A stretch of 61,312 nt of DNA, counting the filler, from Trypethelium eluteriae (Eukaryota), in the NCBI GenBank assembly GCA_051942245.1. It is 2 parts of 2 records of this genome, joined end to end, with 100 filler letters (N's around TTAATTAATTAA, not from the genome) between each part and the next. Parts side by side here need not be neighbours in the genome. Positions count along the whole stretch, not along the records: positions 1 to 30,699 come from JAVECL010000284.1; 1 more part is not named here. One strand, given 5' to 3'. Shown here piece after piece: positions 12,424 through 26,093 of the stretch (position 1 is its first letter; each line of letters begins with the position of its first letter). The notes beneath the pieces are model-generated. The model was given only the letters and a program-made list of their open reading frames with translations, was not told where the DNA came from and made no database searches. The translations under genes and the position numbers were made by a program.

Positions 12424-15137
12424 ATGACCGCCCTGCCCACGACGTCGTCCTCTCCAACAGCAAATCGGAAACCGTCAGCTATGGCGCCAGAGAAGAAATA
12501 CAAGTGCCAGTTCTGCAATCGCGCATTCAGTCGAAGTGAACATCGAAGTAGACATGAAAGGTCTCGTAAGTTTGATGCAATCTGATTCACGTCGCCGCCG
12601 CGCCAAAAGTTTTTTGGCCGCTCCTGCGCGAGCCGAGTCGCGGCGGGGCTGGACGAACGCGGGGAATACCAGCTTACCTTTGTCGATCCAGATACCAAGG
12701 AACGCCCTTTCAAATGCATGAAATGCAGAAGTACATTCGTGCGTCGCGACCTCTTGTTGCGTCATGATAGAACTGTCCACGCAAAAGATGGAGGTGTCCC
12801 CCTCCATAGCGACGTTAAACGGCGGTCTGGCCCCAAAACCTCCCCTATCGCTGGCCCGTCAAAGCCTTCTGTCGGTATCGATACTGCGACATTAGAACAA
12901 ATAGAGGCTAGTAGTGATGGCATGGTCGACATTGAGACGGCTGCGATGCTGATGACAGACTTCCATCATAAGGCGATGGCAAGCCAGGAGCCCGAGGGTG
13001 CGGGTGAAGCATCAGAGCCCATCATCTCACCAAATGGGCCCGCTCTCTTAGAGCCTTCGGTGGCTTATAATCCTGGCTCTGTGGCATTGCCACAAATGCC
13101 TTGGGATAACTTCATGCCACAATCAGTCACCGAGCCAAAAGCCCACTCTATCTCGTCGAGCATCTCCGGCTCTCAAGACTCGACGCAGTTGCCCTTCAAT
13201 ACATCTACGCTTGCTCAGCCACATCCTCATCAACTCCCTCCCATCGTCGAAGCTCAGATTTCGGTAGGGGATGCTCTCGCTCCGGCCTTCCAATCGTTGA
13301 ACAGTTCGATGCCTGTCTCAGGATTCGCCACTCCTGAAGCGGCCCTGTCACCTTACCCCTCGATGTTAGGACCTGTCTCCCCTGTCGACTATCGTCGTTC
13401 TCCCGGTCCCACCCAGCCGCTTACCGTGGCAAAAGCACCGCAGCTCAATTCAGAAGAGCAGTGCACCAAAATATTCGAGAATATCAAGAAATGTGATGGG
13501 GAATCCGCATTGCTCGATACCTTCCGTCTCCCAAGTATGGCTGTAGTGAACAGGTATCTGTCGACCTACTTCAACTTGCTGCATCCACATTTGCCGTTTC
13601 TGCATCCTGCGTCTTTCGTACCGACAGAGGCATCTGCTCCCCTATTGTTGGCTATCCTATCCATTGGTGCTTTGTACACGTTTGAACAAGATCATGCGTA
13701 CATGTTTCATATTGGCTCCAAAGTGCTCGTGAACCAGTTCCTACAAAACAAAGAGAATTTCAGCTCGCGTAAATGTCCACTGTGGGCAATGCAGAGTACG
13801 CTTCTGAATATGATCTTCGCCAGCTGGAGCGGCGACCCAAAAGGACTTGAATGGGCGTGTTCGGTGAAAAGCTTGGTCGCAAATGTGAGTACTAGACCCA
13901 GTGCTCCAAGCTCATAACTAACAGAATGAAGATGGTTGCCGGCAACAGGTATGAATTAAAGAACCGCACGGAAGCTCGAGAAGGAGCGCAGCCTACTCAT
14001 GAAGAGTGGATAGAAGACGAAGGCTGCAGAAGAACCTATTATGCGGTCTATATCTTCTTTGGCCTCTTGACCATGACATATAATCATACGCCAGCCATCA
14101 GTTTCAACGAATTTGATACTCTCGAATTGCCATCCTCTGAGTCTCTTTGGAGTGCGGAGCCAGCCGACGAAGAATCGTGGCGGGAGTCCTTGACTGCTTC
14201 CACAATTATCACCTTTCGAGAAGCACATGACAGTTTATTTCAAGGCGAATCAGTACGCTACAGCGCATTTGCTACGCGGGTGATGATTAATGCTCTGTTC
14301 CTTGAGGTCTGGTATCACAAACGGAGTCCCGAGGCCCTTCAAGATGTTGTCACCGAATACAAACTGAGACTGGCGCTCGAAACTTGGGAGAAGTCGATGG
14401 AACTGTGTGAGCCTGAGACGGTTGTGGTCCAGCTCAGTGCCCCTCATAAGGGTCACCCACTCATCTTCAATGCTATGGCACAGTATCGGAACACTCGGGC
14501 GCGGCTACTTGTGGATCTCAAGTCTGTCCAGGAGGCCTTAAGATACCACGATTCCTACGAAGTTGCAGCTGCCATGACTAACGCACGGGACAGAGTGAAG
14601 CGAAACCAGGAAATGCTCAAAGTCATCCAATTTTGTTTCGACTGCATCGAAGTTGCGGCTGTGCAAGGCATACGATGGGTGGCCAGGACCTCCGCTACCA
14701 ACTGGAGCGTTGAACATCCACTCTGTGGTATGGACCTCATGGTCATCCTTACCCTATGGTTGTATCGACTCGAACACGATGAGGAGCCCGCTACTGAGGA
14801 GGAGTTATCTATGTATAACAAGCTCCGAAACCTCTTCGACGATGACTCAGTCAATGTTTACGGTGCCAAGTTAAGTTCTGTCGTTGCTAGACTATGGGGA
14901 AGTATGATCGACGAAGTTGTCGTCTGGGGGTAAGTCTATGAAAGCGCAAGGGATGTTCCTCTTGAAATCTAATTGCTGACTTCATCCAGGATAACCAAGC
15001 TTATGGGCGAAGCCTTCAAGCTCCATTCACAGGCCCTTACTGGTTACGAGGACGATTCTTCATCACGCTCTGGATCCGCAACTCCGTCCATGGCATCTCA
15101 TCGCGTTGAGGCACTAGAAATGCAAACAGCTTATTAA
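12424..15137 (+). CDS. Transcription factor with two C2H2 zinc fingers and a fungal-specific TF domain (Klf1/Zas1/Tda9-like), 4 exons
   Basis: YKCQFCNRAFSRSEHRSRHERSH|TKERPFKCMKCRSTFVRRDLLLRHDRTVH across intron 12566-12691. YFNLLHPHLPFLHP motif. Further introns ~13885-13931 and ~14930-14989; stop TAA 15135-15137. Confidence 0.9.
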
Positions 15138-16081
15138 TTTCTTACGATTTGACGGCTGTCCCCTATTCCGTCCTTTGATTTCACTGCACATACATAGAGC
15201 GATACTCGTTTTTATCGTTTTCCCACTCCTCTCGGTTCCTTCGAAGACTATTGTGTTTCTCATCATCGGCTGGAATGTCTCTTCATCTGGTGTGCTCGGG
15301 ACAAACAATGGTCGGGCCGGTCAGACGTATCCTGCAGACTTCCTCCCGGAGTTGTGGTCTCTCTTTATCATCGCAATTAACATCATATACCCGATACCCG
15401 TCTCGCCTGTTCTTGGTTCATACACATGGACGCAATCCACTAATCATCTTTTTCCCCAAAGACCGCACGCTGGCTGGCCCCGTTTGTGTCGTTCTGCAGT
15501 CTCTTTCGAGTTCTTGACTTCGCGGGGTGGGATGGCTATGGTGTCCTAATAGTCCCGCGTTTCATTCTGCTTTGTTTGTACCATGTTTATTATTAGATTA
15601 AACCTTCCTGATCTTTCCCTTTCCTGTTTATATTGACGATAATCTGTGGCAAAACGTGGTCCTTGTTTGCATAGCGTGGATTTATTGGTCTGAGCTGTAT
15701 CATATCCATTAAACTATTCAAGTTCTTACTCGTTTAACAATCCCCGACGTAGGCATTGATCCGCAACATGTTGTAATCCTCAGCAACCAAGGCCGTCTCG
15801 AGAAATATTATGACGTGACTATACGCAACAGTGGGGGCATCGTGATATCAGTACCTAAGGTAACGAATCCCGCAATTGAGAATTTACCCGTTCGAATTTT
15901 CCTACTCTTCCATGCGATACCATGTCGAATTTAAAGAACGCCAACAATTAAACGGTACTATAATGGCCACCTGACCCATCTACGGGTCTTTCCAAAATCA
16001 TCCCCTCCATTTTGCACGAACGCCTCGCCAATGCATCTGCAGCCCCATGGCGGCCCAAGAGATTTGTAGACGGTAGTCAAT

Positions 16082-17223
16082 TCAGTAGTGACTGCCGTAT
16101 TTCGAGTTCCTATCGGTTGAGGGAAAGTAGGTGCTGCCAGCATACTCGGAATCCTGGTATACCGTAGTTCTCCTTTCATCCTCGGGTAGCAGTTCCTTGA
16201 CCTCCCAATTATTTTGCTTCGTCCCGACACTGAACTCCAAGTCCTCCTTGGTGATTGAGTCCCAATACTGTGAAATAATTAGCGCATGATTCCAGAGAAA
16301 AGCGGGACAGATGCAGTAATGAAAACCTACCTTATAGACCATCATGACCGCAAGCAGATTGCAGATAGTAGCAATAAACAAGCCATCCACGTAATGCTGG
16401 CTGTTCTCGCAAATGGTATCGCCCGCGACATATAGGATCACCTGGCCAACGACAAAGAAAAACACGCCGAAGGTGATATCTCCCAGCGGCCACCGATCCT
16501 GCAGCGTGTTGCTCACCAACAGTACCTGCATGACCACATACACGAACAGGAAGATGGCGTTGAAGATGTATAGCACCACAAACAGCCCTGTCGTGTTGGT
16601 CGGTCCCAGCCCCGCCCAGCTCTTGAATGTGAGCAGCGCGACGGCGCCAGTGATGACGAAGGCAGCGAGAGAGGACAGACGCAGGAGCCAGACTGAGAGG
16701 GTGGTCCCGTCTTCATAAAGCTGGAAGCCGACGAAACCGTTGATCATGAGACAGACGCAGGTGGCGGATGTGAGGGCGGCCTGGAGGGCGGCAAAGTAGG
16801 GGAAGGCGCCGCCGCCGGGGGGGATGACGCCAGAATCGAGGATAAGGCTGTCGACAGTAAGGAGCATGTAGAGGTAGAAGAAGGTGGTGATTTCTTTGCG
16901 GCCTGGAGGGAGTGATGGTTAGCAATAGGACCATCGGTCGCAGAAGCAAGGTCAAGGCAAGACAAGATGATCGTATGAAACATACCGACAGCCGTAAACT
17001 TGGAGCGCACGTGTATGATCATTATGACGGTCATGACGAGCGCTATGATTTGTATAAAGCTCGAAGCGCCCTCAAAGATTATCGTGTTTGCAAGTTCGAT
17101 GGATCGCGCGTAGCATGTTGACTGAATCCCCGTCTTTCCAGATAGACTAGATGGAGGTCCAATCAGGACGCAGAGTGGGAGGGGTGCCTTCTGGCATGTC
17201 GATTCAAAATCGCCGAAACCCAT
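16082..17223 (-). CDS. CHS7: Chitin synthase export chaperone, 3 exons
   Basis: MGFGDFESTCQKAPLPLC, CYARSIELANTIIFE, SKFTAVG|RKEITTFFYLY, GFQLYEDGT, YWDSITKEDLEFSVG; multiple TM segments. Confidence 0.93.
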
Positions 17224-18375
17224 ATCTGAAGAGTCTAGGGCAGGGCGTCAACGAGGTAGCTGGACGCAGGACCGCAGGGGACGTCCAAGAGTGTTGAGCA
17301 CCCTCGCTGCCTAGAGCAGACTTCGGCAGGAGATGGTGTGAAAACGAGCGTGCGAGGAGTAACGCAAGAAATTGGCGAGGTTGAGATGGCCGGCGTGAGT
17401 AGGCTGCTGGACGCTGTTTGCCAGGAGGCGGATGCAAAGGAGCCGGGATGGTGTTTTGCCGAGTCGGTTTGTCCGCCCAAACTCCACCACAGCAACGCAA
17501 CGCTCTCTCTCCCTCTGTCTTCCGTCCCAAAAGACACTCCCTCGGCACCACGTCCTGTTTTGTGATGGTCTTGCTCGAAGGCTGTCGCTCTCTGCGCGTG
17601 GCTGATGCAAATTATCCAGATATGGACTTAATTTGTTATTATCTCAGTGTTTCCGTCGCCGTCTACGGACCCTTCAGCATCTGCACCTGCCCGGAGAATT
17701 GCAAGCCATGGTACCCTAAACGGAAATGATTCTTTATATCGAGCCTAAACATCAAGAGACCATACAAGCACTACCTCCCTAGCATTTGGCCCAGATGTCT
17801 GGTAGAGAAACTCTGTCTGTAGAAGCTGAGGCATTTTGTTCACCCATGGCTACCCGCACCCTTTTCCTCGTAAAACTCGCAACCTTTTGCTCGTCAACAG
17901 CGAGACAGGTTCGCCCTAGTACTCGTGCAGGGTTCTTCCCAATTCTTTTTGGTGTAGCCAACGAAACCACCAAACATAGATCTTAGCGGCAGTCACTAGT
18001 CGTCTAGGTACATGGCTTACTCATGGGGGGCTTCGCATTACTTAGCTACCAAGAAGCTAGGGTCTCCAAACATGCGCGCCGACTGCCGAATGTGACTTGC
18101 ATATAACTACAGTCCCTTGCTCGAATAGGTTACCGACTATGGTTATGATGCTCCAGAGTATCGTGCACCTTCAAGTGCCTACCGCCTACCTATGTGCAAA
18201 AAGGAATGTGTAAGACTGTTATTCGTCCGAGATCCGCGAGCCGGTGGCTTCCGTAGCTCAGCTTGGATTTCACTGGCGAATGCAAACTTGAATTAGCACG
18301 AGCTTTTTGGTGAAGAAAGCACAATCACATCAAAAGCTCTACTACTTTTTCCTTTAGTCCTGAACACCAGCCAAT

Positions 18376-21300
18376 ATGTCTAGCGAGGAGACTACAAGAA
18401 TGCGTTCGGCTCCACAGAGTCAGCAGGACGAAGCAAGCACTGAGAAACCAACAACAAAGGAGCCAGAAAATCAGGAGCCACATGAGCCATGGCTCAAATC
18501 AACATGGAGCAAGCTTGGCCTTGACATTCCGACCGTTCTCATCATGATGAAGTAAGCAGACCTTCTGCTCGAAAATTGTCAATGCTAAAGTTTAAGCGCA
18601 GAGGAGGCCTGGCCCCAACAATCGGCTTAGCAATGTGAGTTGAATGTAGAGAATCCTTCAACGAAACTGACATGAGTTAGTTATCAATCGACTCCTGTCG
18701 CCCGAGAATACGGGACTTCGGGGTATTTGCTAGGGATAGTATGTATCCTTGGCTTTGGCATAATGCCACGGGCGAAATTCTTGCAGACCATGCTTCTGAA
18801 TGTCATTGCCACATGCTTCAGTGCAGCAATCGCTGTTCTCGCTCTGTGGTCATCTGTCCAAGCACGAATACATACCACACGGAGATCGCAGCCTGGCACT
18901 GGTGGTCCCGGCACAGTTGGAACACCATCGCCCGGTGCACAGACTGGAGGATATAATTCATCACAGTCTGCTGTTTGTGCCATTTGGCTCTTCTTTCAGG
19001 TCTATATCATAAACGCATTGAAATCGAAGTACCCACAGCTACAGTTTTCAGCAATCATTTGGTCTATTTTTGCCATCGTTTCGATGTCTTACGGGCCCAA
19101 TTTCACAACCACGACACAGGCCCTTAATTTTGCTCGGACCCTTCTGATAACATATCTCAGTGGCTTCGGTATCGCGTTTGGGGTTTCTTTGCTTGTCGTT
19201 CCAATGAACTCCCGGAAAATAGTATTCAAAATCATTCCTGGCTACATTGGTGCACTTCGAGGGGCTTTGAAGGCACACGCCCGATACGTTGAGAGCTTGG
19301 AGCACACCGATATGTTCCTACCAATCTCGCACTCGGGTGAGACCAAATCGACAGGTGAACCCAAAGAAAAGCCACACATCAACGAGGCAATGGCCTTCAA
19401 AAAGGCTGCCGAGGCGTTGGCGGGGCTCATTGCTAAGTTGCACGGGGAGCTCCCCTTTGCGAAACGTGAGATTGCTATCGGAAAACTCGGACCGGACGAC
19501 CTGAATGAGCTCCTTCGGCTGCTCAGAGAAATCATGATTCCTGTTTTAGGGCTTAGCTCTGTTGCAGATATTTTCGAGAGGACCTCACACTGGCTTGGAT
19601 GGGATCACGCTCCTACGGCAGGAGACGATCCGAATAGAGAGAGATCTGTCCAAGACTGGAATGAACTTGCCAAACTTATGCATGAGCCTGTCAGCAAATT
19701 GACCCAGATCATGGATGAAGGCCTCCACCATACGTTACTGAAGCTGCAATTTATCGAACAGCCCAAATCGACCAAATCTACCTCGTCATCAACTGAACCA
19801 GATGTAGAGGCCAAAGGCGACGCTATTCAGCCTGGAGATCCGACTTTTGGCGATTACATGGAGATGAAAATACAGGAGTTTGAAGCAACAAAGCAACCAA
19901 TGCTTCGAAAATGGTGTGAGCTCCACGATATTGACCTACCACCGGATTTCTTCGAAAAGCCTGCAAGTTCGGAATCGATGCTGTCGGCCTATGATACTGA
20001 ATTCGATAAGCGAAGACGCCAGCGACAGATGTATCTTGTCCTATACATTGAGTTACTTCTCGCTTCCACTGGCCGAGCTATACTGGAATTGGTCTATTTT
20101 GCAGATCTCAAAGCCCGATCAGGAAAGATGGATAGGAATCGGCTCATCGTACCAGGTTATAAGCGGTTACGAAAATGGCTCAGTAGCGTCTTTAGCCCTG
20201 GCGAAGAAGACTCTTCAGACGATCTGAACAATGCCATGCATGAGGGTGGAGGGACCGGTTCAAAAGTGTACATGGGCGCAGGATACCAGCAAAGAAAGGA
20301 CCCAGAACATCTACCACCACAAAATGTTGTTCAAAAAATCGGTGACTACGTCAGGCTGATTCCCAAGGCTCTCGGGTCTAGCCATTCCAGCTTCGGGTTC
20401 CGCGCTGCTTGCGCCACCATTTCGCTCGGAATTCTTGGCTATCTTGAAAGCACTCATGTATTCTATACCAAGCAGCGAGTCTTCTGGGCTGTCATCATGA
20501 TCGGGTATAGTATCATTTGCCTAAATCTATAACGAAGTCAGAAACTGATTTGATGCTAGTATCTCCATGACCCCAACCGCCGGACAAAGCCTTTGGAACT
20601 TTACGCTTCGAATACTAGGGACATTCATTGCCATGGTATTAAGCTATGTTGCTTGGTACATTGTAGATGGTCACCGAGCTGGGGTTCTCGTCTTCTATTG
20701 GCTCTTCTGCTCAATGGGATTCTACGTTCCTTTGAAGTTTCCGCGATACGCTATCGCTGGTGTCATATCTATTGTCACGTTGACGCTCATCCTTGGATAC
20801 GAGCTACAGGTAACAAAGATTGGGGTCAAAGTGAGCACCTCGAATGGGCAACCGTACTATCCTACGTACGAATTGGCTCCTTATCGACTTGCAACCGTAG
20901 TTGCCGGGCTGTTCGTGGCCTTTATCTGGACCATCTTTCCGTATCCCATAACAGAGCATTCTCAGTTAAGGCGTCATCTCGGCTCGTCCCTCTATCTTCT
21001 TGCAAACTTGTATTCAGTCGCTCACGAGACGATTCGCTATCGAATCCAAGGCGAAGAAGGGGACATTGACTCGAAAGACAGTCCCGCTCGCCAGTTGGAA
21101 AAGGCAAGGACGACCATCTTCACGAAGCAGACAGTGCTTCTTGGTCAAATGCAACAAGTTGCAAGCTTCTTAAAATGGGAAATACCGATGGGAGGCCGGT
21201 ACGCAGTCTTGCTTCCTGTAGAAGATTCACATCTCGCTGACGCAGACATTCAGATTTCCAAAGGAAACTTATACGGAAATTTTGAAACGCGTCGAAACGT

Positions 21301-21879
21301 CTGTATTTCCCTTGGCTCGCTCCATCTATAGTAGCTAACATTCCCGCTAGCATTCAAAACTACACCGCCTTGTTGAGCTACTCTTCACGAACCTTTCATG
21401 CCATGAAGGCGGAAGATGAGACACAGTGGATCCAGGACTTTCGACAGCTCCTCAAGAGTGCCTCATTGACATCTTACGAGAACACTTCCCTTCTTAGCCT
21501 ACTCTCCTCGAGTATCACAACGGGCCAGCCGCTTCCCCCTTACTTGAAAACAGCCACGCCATACGCACTCACCGAAAATCTAGAAGGCATGGACCGAGAC
21601 ATTCTCAGCATTAGACATCTCGCCGAGCCTGGCTACGCAGCTTTTGCCATGATGCAAATAACGACGCGCTGCGTAGTGGCTGACATCGGCAAACTTCTGG
21701 CGTAAGTCATTTTCCCGCCTATGGTGCATGGCGAATCTGCTGATCTCAGATATAGGCTTGTGAGGGACTTGATCGGAGAGATCGATTTCTCATTCCATAC
21801 CGTCAGCGTGGCTGACGAGAGCGAAGGAGCTCAATCGCAGGATTCAATCCTGTCAAACGATAAGGGAAAGCAGGATTAA
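18376..21879 (+). CDS. FUSC/ArAE_2-type (aromatic acid exporter-like) multi-pass membrane protein, ~7 exons
   Basis: PRAKFLQTMLLN, KDPEHLPP, GFRAACAT, RILGT, LAPYRLATV, PLPPYL and EPGYAAFA motifs; six GT-AG introns link the ORFs. Confidence 0.82.
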
Positions 21880-22455
21880 ACGACGCCCACGCTGGACTGA
21901 AGACTTCAGATATAAGTCTCTTTCAAATGTTTTTTTTTTCTCTCTCTTCAGGGAACGCACCCATGTTTCTGGGGTTTTCTAGAATAGTAACGTTATTGTT
22001 GGATAGAATAGCGCTCGATGCTCTCGTCTCTAGCGAGCCACTGGAAATGTATTGTATGACGTTTTATGAAATCGATCCCTATCTTTAATCTTGAAGAATA
22101 TCTCGTACTTCATTCAAAAGCCAGTACCAATCCATGCAATCAACCCTGGACGATTCTTGTGAGTATATCCGTACTTTGATTTGCCAATTATTTGTATTAG
22201 CATAGCCCGGACGAGATCAGGTCTAGGAGTAAGATCAATTAAAGTTAGCGCGGGGAGAATTTGAGAACGAAATAATTCTTACACGATCAAGGGGCTTGCG
22301 TCTCGCATTTCGACCTTTCGGTCAATCGCGCCGCTAGCTCTGAGTTACAAATTGCTGCGACTTGCCTTGCATATACAAGTCTGGATCCGCTTCACCCGTG
22401 TGCGCATTGAGGGACACCGTGGTCCGACTCCCTGACATAGGCATGGCTTGAGGAA

Positions 22456-23190
22456 TCACAAGATCTCGTCGTCAGCAACATTCACTATACTTAGCACATC
22501 CTTTTCATCGGATTCTTCAGCGATAGCAGACTGATTCCCCGGCAAAGTGGCATCCTCGCCGTTTTCTGGCAAAGCACCAACCATGGGCTCCGTTCCGTTA
22601 TCTTTCGCCGTCTTGTCTGGCTCATCAGATTGCTGATCTCCGTGCACAATGTTGTCCTCGCCGTTCGCCATTGGAGCGTCGGCTGCGGCGCCGTCTCTGC
22701 CATCCTCGGCCGTCTTGTTTGGTTGGTCAGCCTTTATCTGCTTTGCGATCGAGCCGTTGAGATCATCCCAGTTCGCCTATGAAAAAATCAGACATTGTCC
22801 CAAACGCCAAGACTGGAGGACAAACACGTCGTGCGTTGACTTTCTTCTTCTTCTGGACGCTGGTGGCAAGCTTTCTGTCAAGCTTGTCCAAATTGCGATC
22901 TGCCCGTTCTAGGCCTTTCTGATGGCGGAGGCGCTGCTGTCGGCTCATGGATTTCTGTTTTTTCTTCTTTGTAATGCCTTCATCCCTTATACCAAGCACA
23001 TTTGCTTGCGACTGGGGTTTCTCAACGGGAGGCTCGACATTTTTCAGAGACTTGTCGGTATTAAGGGAAGGCGATGCATCTCTTCTAGCAGCACGAGATC
23101 TGAGTGAAACAGCTGAAAGAATATCAATATCATTAGTCTGTAGAGCTAGGGAAACTTACGTCTCTTCTTGACCTTGGGGGTTTTGGCCAT
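22456..23190 (-). CDS. ALB1: Alb1-family 60S ribosome biogenesis factor, 3 exons
   Basis: Spliced MAKTPKVKKRPVSLRSRAARRDASPS...GITKKKKQKSMSRQQRLRHQKGLERA...VNARR|ANWDDLN, followed by an acidic tail. Confidence 0.8.
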
Positions 23191-23481
23191 GGTTTGGGGT
23201 GCTGATTGCGACTCCAATTAGGCACGGTGGGGTGGGGTGGGGTGAAATCGTTTGCAGTAGCAGCAGCGGCGGGACATGGCGTGGCTCGGCGTGGCGTTGG
23301 GACGGCGTTCCGCCGACTCTGTATCAAACCTGGAACTGTCTCCGGTCATGTTCCCTCACTTTACATATACATGTTTCCCTACTCGCTGGAATCCTGATGC
23401 TTGTACATTACGCTCGACGTACTCGCTCGTCTCGGAGCCATTTACGTCCTCCGCCCTCGTCCACCAATTCGTCACGGCACC

Positions 23482-25677
23482 ATGACATTTGCAGCGCAAG
23501 TCGATACTGAAGCATATATTCCCCAACCGACGCTGGTCTCGCAAACCGGAACCGTCCTTGGATTCTTGCTTCTTTGCACCGCCTACTTTCTCTTCTCCTT
23601 CAAAAGTCCGCAATCAGTCCTCGCCGCTCTATTCTACCTGTTATCACCCTTATGGAACGGCTTCGTCAATATGATCCCGTCTAACAGAATATCGCCAAAG
23701 GCTTTTGGCTTGGGCACCAAGGACCTGTTCAAGAGCTTCCAACCCGACAGCTCCCTGGCTGCTCTCGGAGTCCTCACAGGACGCGGCAGATCGACGGCGC
23801 TCCCAGGTCTCGGAAATTGGGATAACTCTTGTTATCAAAATAGTGTCATCCAAGGCCTAGCATCGCTTCCATACTTCAATGCTTTCCTCCGCCAAATGGG
23901 GCACGATACCGATTACGCTTTAGAGGAAACCACACTCGGCGCACTACGAGAAACTCTTTCAAAATTAAATGACTCGTCGAGGAGAGGACAGACTTTGTGG
24001 ACGCCGTCAAAGTTGAAATCGATGAGTAGCTGGCAGCAGCAGGACGCTCAAGAATACTTCTCAAAGATCATAGAACAATTGGAGAAAGATATCACCAGGA
24101 TATGGAAACAACCAGTTGAGGAGCAGGGATTAGAAGCTGTTGGTGATCTTTTGGGGAAAGATTTTCGGGACAGCATTCTGGCAAATGATACTGATGGGGA
24201 AAAGACTGAGTCTAGTTCGACAGGAGTTGATAACCTAGCAACTGCATCGACGTCTGAGACATCAATTACAGTTAATGGCGCAACCAAACTGGAAAATCCT
24301 CTCGAGGGCTTCCTAGGGCAACGCGTCGCATGCATGACCTGTGGTTTCACAGAAGGATTGTCTCTCATTCCATTTAATTGCCTTACCGTACCGCTCGGAG
24401 ACCAACGAGCCTATGATCTGCAAGAATGCCTAGATGAATACACGAAACTCGAAACCATTGATGATGTAGAGTGTACAAAATGCACTCTGCTGCGGACCCA
24501 GCAGGCACTGAAGCAACTTTATTCGGCGGCTTCTGCAAACTCTGCAGCGGATGATGCCCCCAATCCGCTGCAAGATTCAGCCAAATCCCGTTTGGAGGCT
24601 GTAGAAGCGGTACTCGAAGAAGAGGATTTTTCTGACAACGCACTCACCAAACGTTGTCAGATATCTAAGAAGAACCGAATCAGCAGCGCAAAATCTCGCC
24701 AAGCTGTTATTGCTAAGCCACCTCGCAATCTGGTGATTCATGTCAATCGCAGTGTCTTTGATGAGTTTACGGGTGCACAGAGAAAGAATTACGCTGATGT
24801 CAGTTATCCAGAGAACCTCGACCTTGGCTCGTGGTGCCTTGGACGATCATCTCCAAGTGCACAGGGAGATGCAAAGGGGAGTGAAGAATCCTGGTCGCTT
24901 GATCCGCGAGCGTCTTTACTTACCGGACAAGATCCTGCCAGAATGGAGTATGAGCTTCGTGCTGTAGTGACGCATTATGGTAGACATGAAAACGGTCATT
25001 ATATCTGTTATCGTAAGCATTCATTGAATCCTGAAGGTACGGGGGCCGAACAAGATGATGCAACGCTGAAGCAGCAGACCGAAGAAACATGGTGGCGGCT
25101 AAGTGATGAGGATGTATCTCCTATGAGTGCAGCCAACGTGCTGCAGCAATGTGGAGTGTTCATGCTTTTCTACGAGCGAAAGCCCGTGGTATCCCCAATG
25201 ATAGCCTCCAAGGCTGAAGACGTCACTGCTGAAGTTCCGAATCCTCAAGAGAGTAAAATAGTTGAAGCTATGACTGAGGAGAACATGGACGGATCCATTC
25301 CCTCGAGACCTGCCTCTATTCATGACGGCACTGAAGGTCCCAAAGCTGAAAGCATCGAGGCAGCCGATTCTCCACGTGTTCTCGGTGTACCGCAAGTCGG
25401 ATTTCCTTCCCAACATCAAAGTCAAGACATGCCGTCCTCAGATGAATCGTCCTCAGATGAACTGACTATGGAGCTTGAGCCCACCACTATAGCATCAGCA
25501 ATGATCGAGGACGACATCAGTCCTTCTACGGAAGTTGAACCGGGATCTACGAGCCCATCATCACCGAGAATAACTCCCCAACGATCACCGTACATGCGAA
25601 CGTCAAGAATTGGTGAAGATCAACGAAAAGACGGCTCATTCTCATCTTCTCGGCCACCCATGGTTGCGGCCACATAG
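23482..25677 (+). CDS. Ubiquitin C-terminal hydrolase (peptidase C19/USP) with N-terminal hydrophobic segment
   Basis: Cys box GLGNWDNSCYQNSVIQ, QQQDAQEY, His box HYGRHENGHYICYR, WWRLSDEDV, MLFYE. Start codon uncertain. Confidence 0.88.
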   Translation: MTFAAQVDTEAYIPQPTLVSQTGTVLGFLLLCTAYFLFSFKSPQSVLAALFYLLSPLWNGFVNMIPSNRISPKAFGLGTKDLFKSFQPDSSLAALGVLTGRGRSTALPGLGNWDNSCYQNSVIQGLASLPYFNAFLRQMGHDTDYALEETTLGALRETLSKLNDSSRRGQTLWTPSKLKSMSSWQQQDAQEYFSKIIEQLEKDITRIWKQPVEEQGLEAVGDLLGKDFRDSILANDTDGEKTESSSTGVDNLATASTSETSITVNGATKLENPLEGFLGQRVACMTCGFTEGLSLIPFNCLTVPLGDQRAYDLQECLDEYTKLETIDDVECTKCTLLRTQQALKQLYSAASANSAADDAPNPLQDSAKSRLEAVEAVLEEEDFSDNALTKRCQISKKNRISSAKSRQAVIAKPPRNLVIHVNRSVFDEFTGAQRKNYADVSYPENLDLGSWCLGRSSPSAQGDAKGSEESWSLDPRASLLTGQDPARMEYELRAVVTHYGRHENGHYICYRKHSLNPEGTGAEQDDATLKQQTEETWWRLSDEDVSPMSAANVLQQCGVFMLFYERKPVVSPMIASKAEDVTAEVPNPQESKIVEAMTEENMDGSIPSRPASIHDGTEGPKAESIEAADSPRVLGVPQVGFPSQHQSQDMPSSDESSSDELTMELEPTTIASAMIEDDISPSTEVEPGSTSPSSPRITPQRSPYMRTSRIGEDQRKDGSFSSSRPPMVAAT

Positions 25678-26093
25678 CCAGAGGGGCAATGAGTGTGCGT
25701 CATTGCCAAGAGCGATTTTGTTGATGTGAATCAGGACGTCTTTACCCAGACCGATCACAACCTAATCCGGCGTGCTTTTCAATGCATAGCGATCTGGCGT
25801 TTCCGATTGGTTTTGCATTTGGCGGCGCATTTACTCCCAGAACGAAAAGTGTTCTAGGACCACAGAGGAGTTTGGTCGTCACTCGGGAGAAGGATTTCCC
25901 TCGGGATATGAATCCAGTCACATGAATAGTATCAGAGCCGACATCTGGTTCTAATAAAATGAGATACCAATTTACATGTACCAAATCTGTGAAAAGAGAG
26001 CTGAAGCCCCGTGATGCTATTTCAAGCTATTGAACAGCTGTTGCGCCCGTGCCCACAAAACAGACACAATGGTAAGAATTCTCATCCCATCCC

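Noticed and set aside
12640..12680. AATACCAGC suggesting an intronic TPP riboswitch
   Set aside because: Lacks the CTGAGA and GATCTGGAT core elements, and the host is not a thiamine gene.
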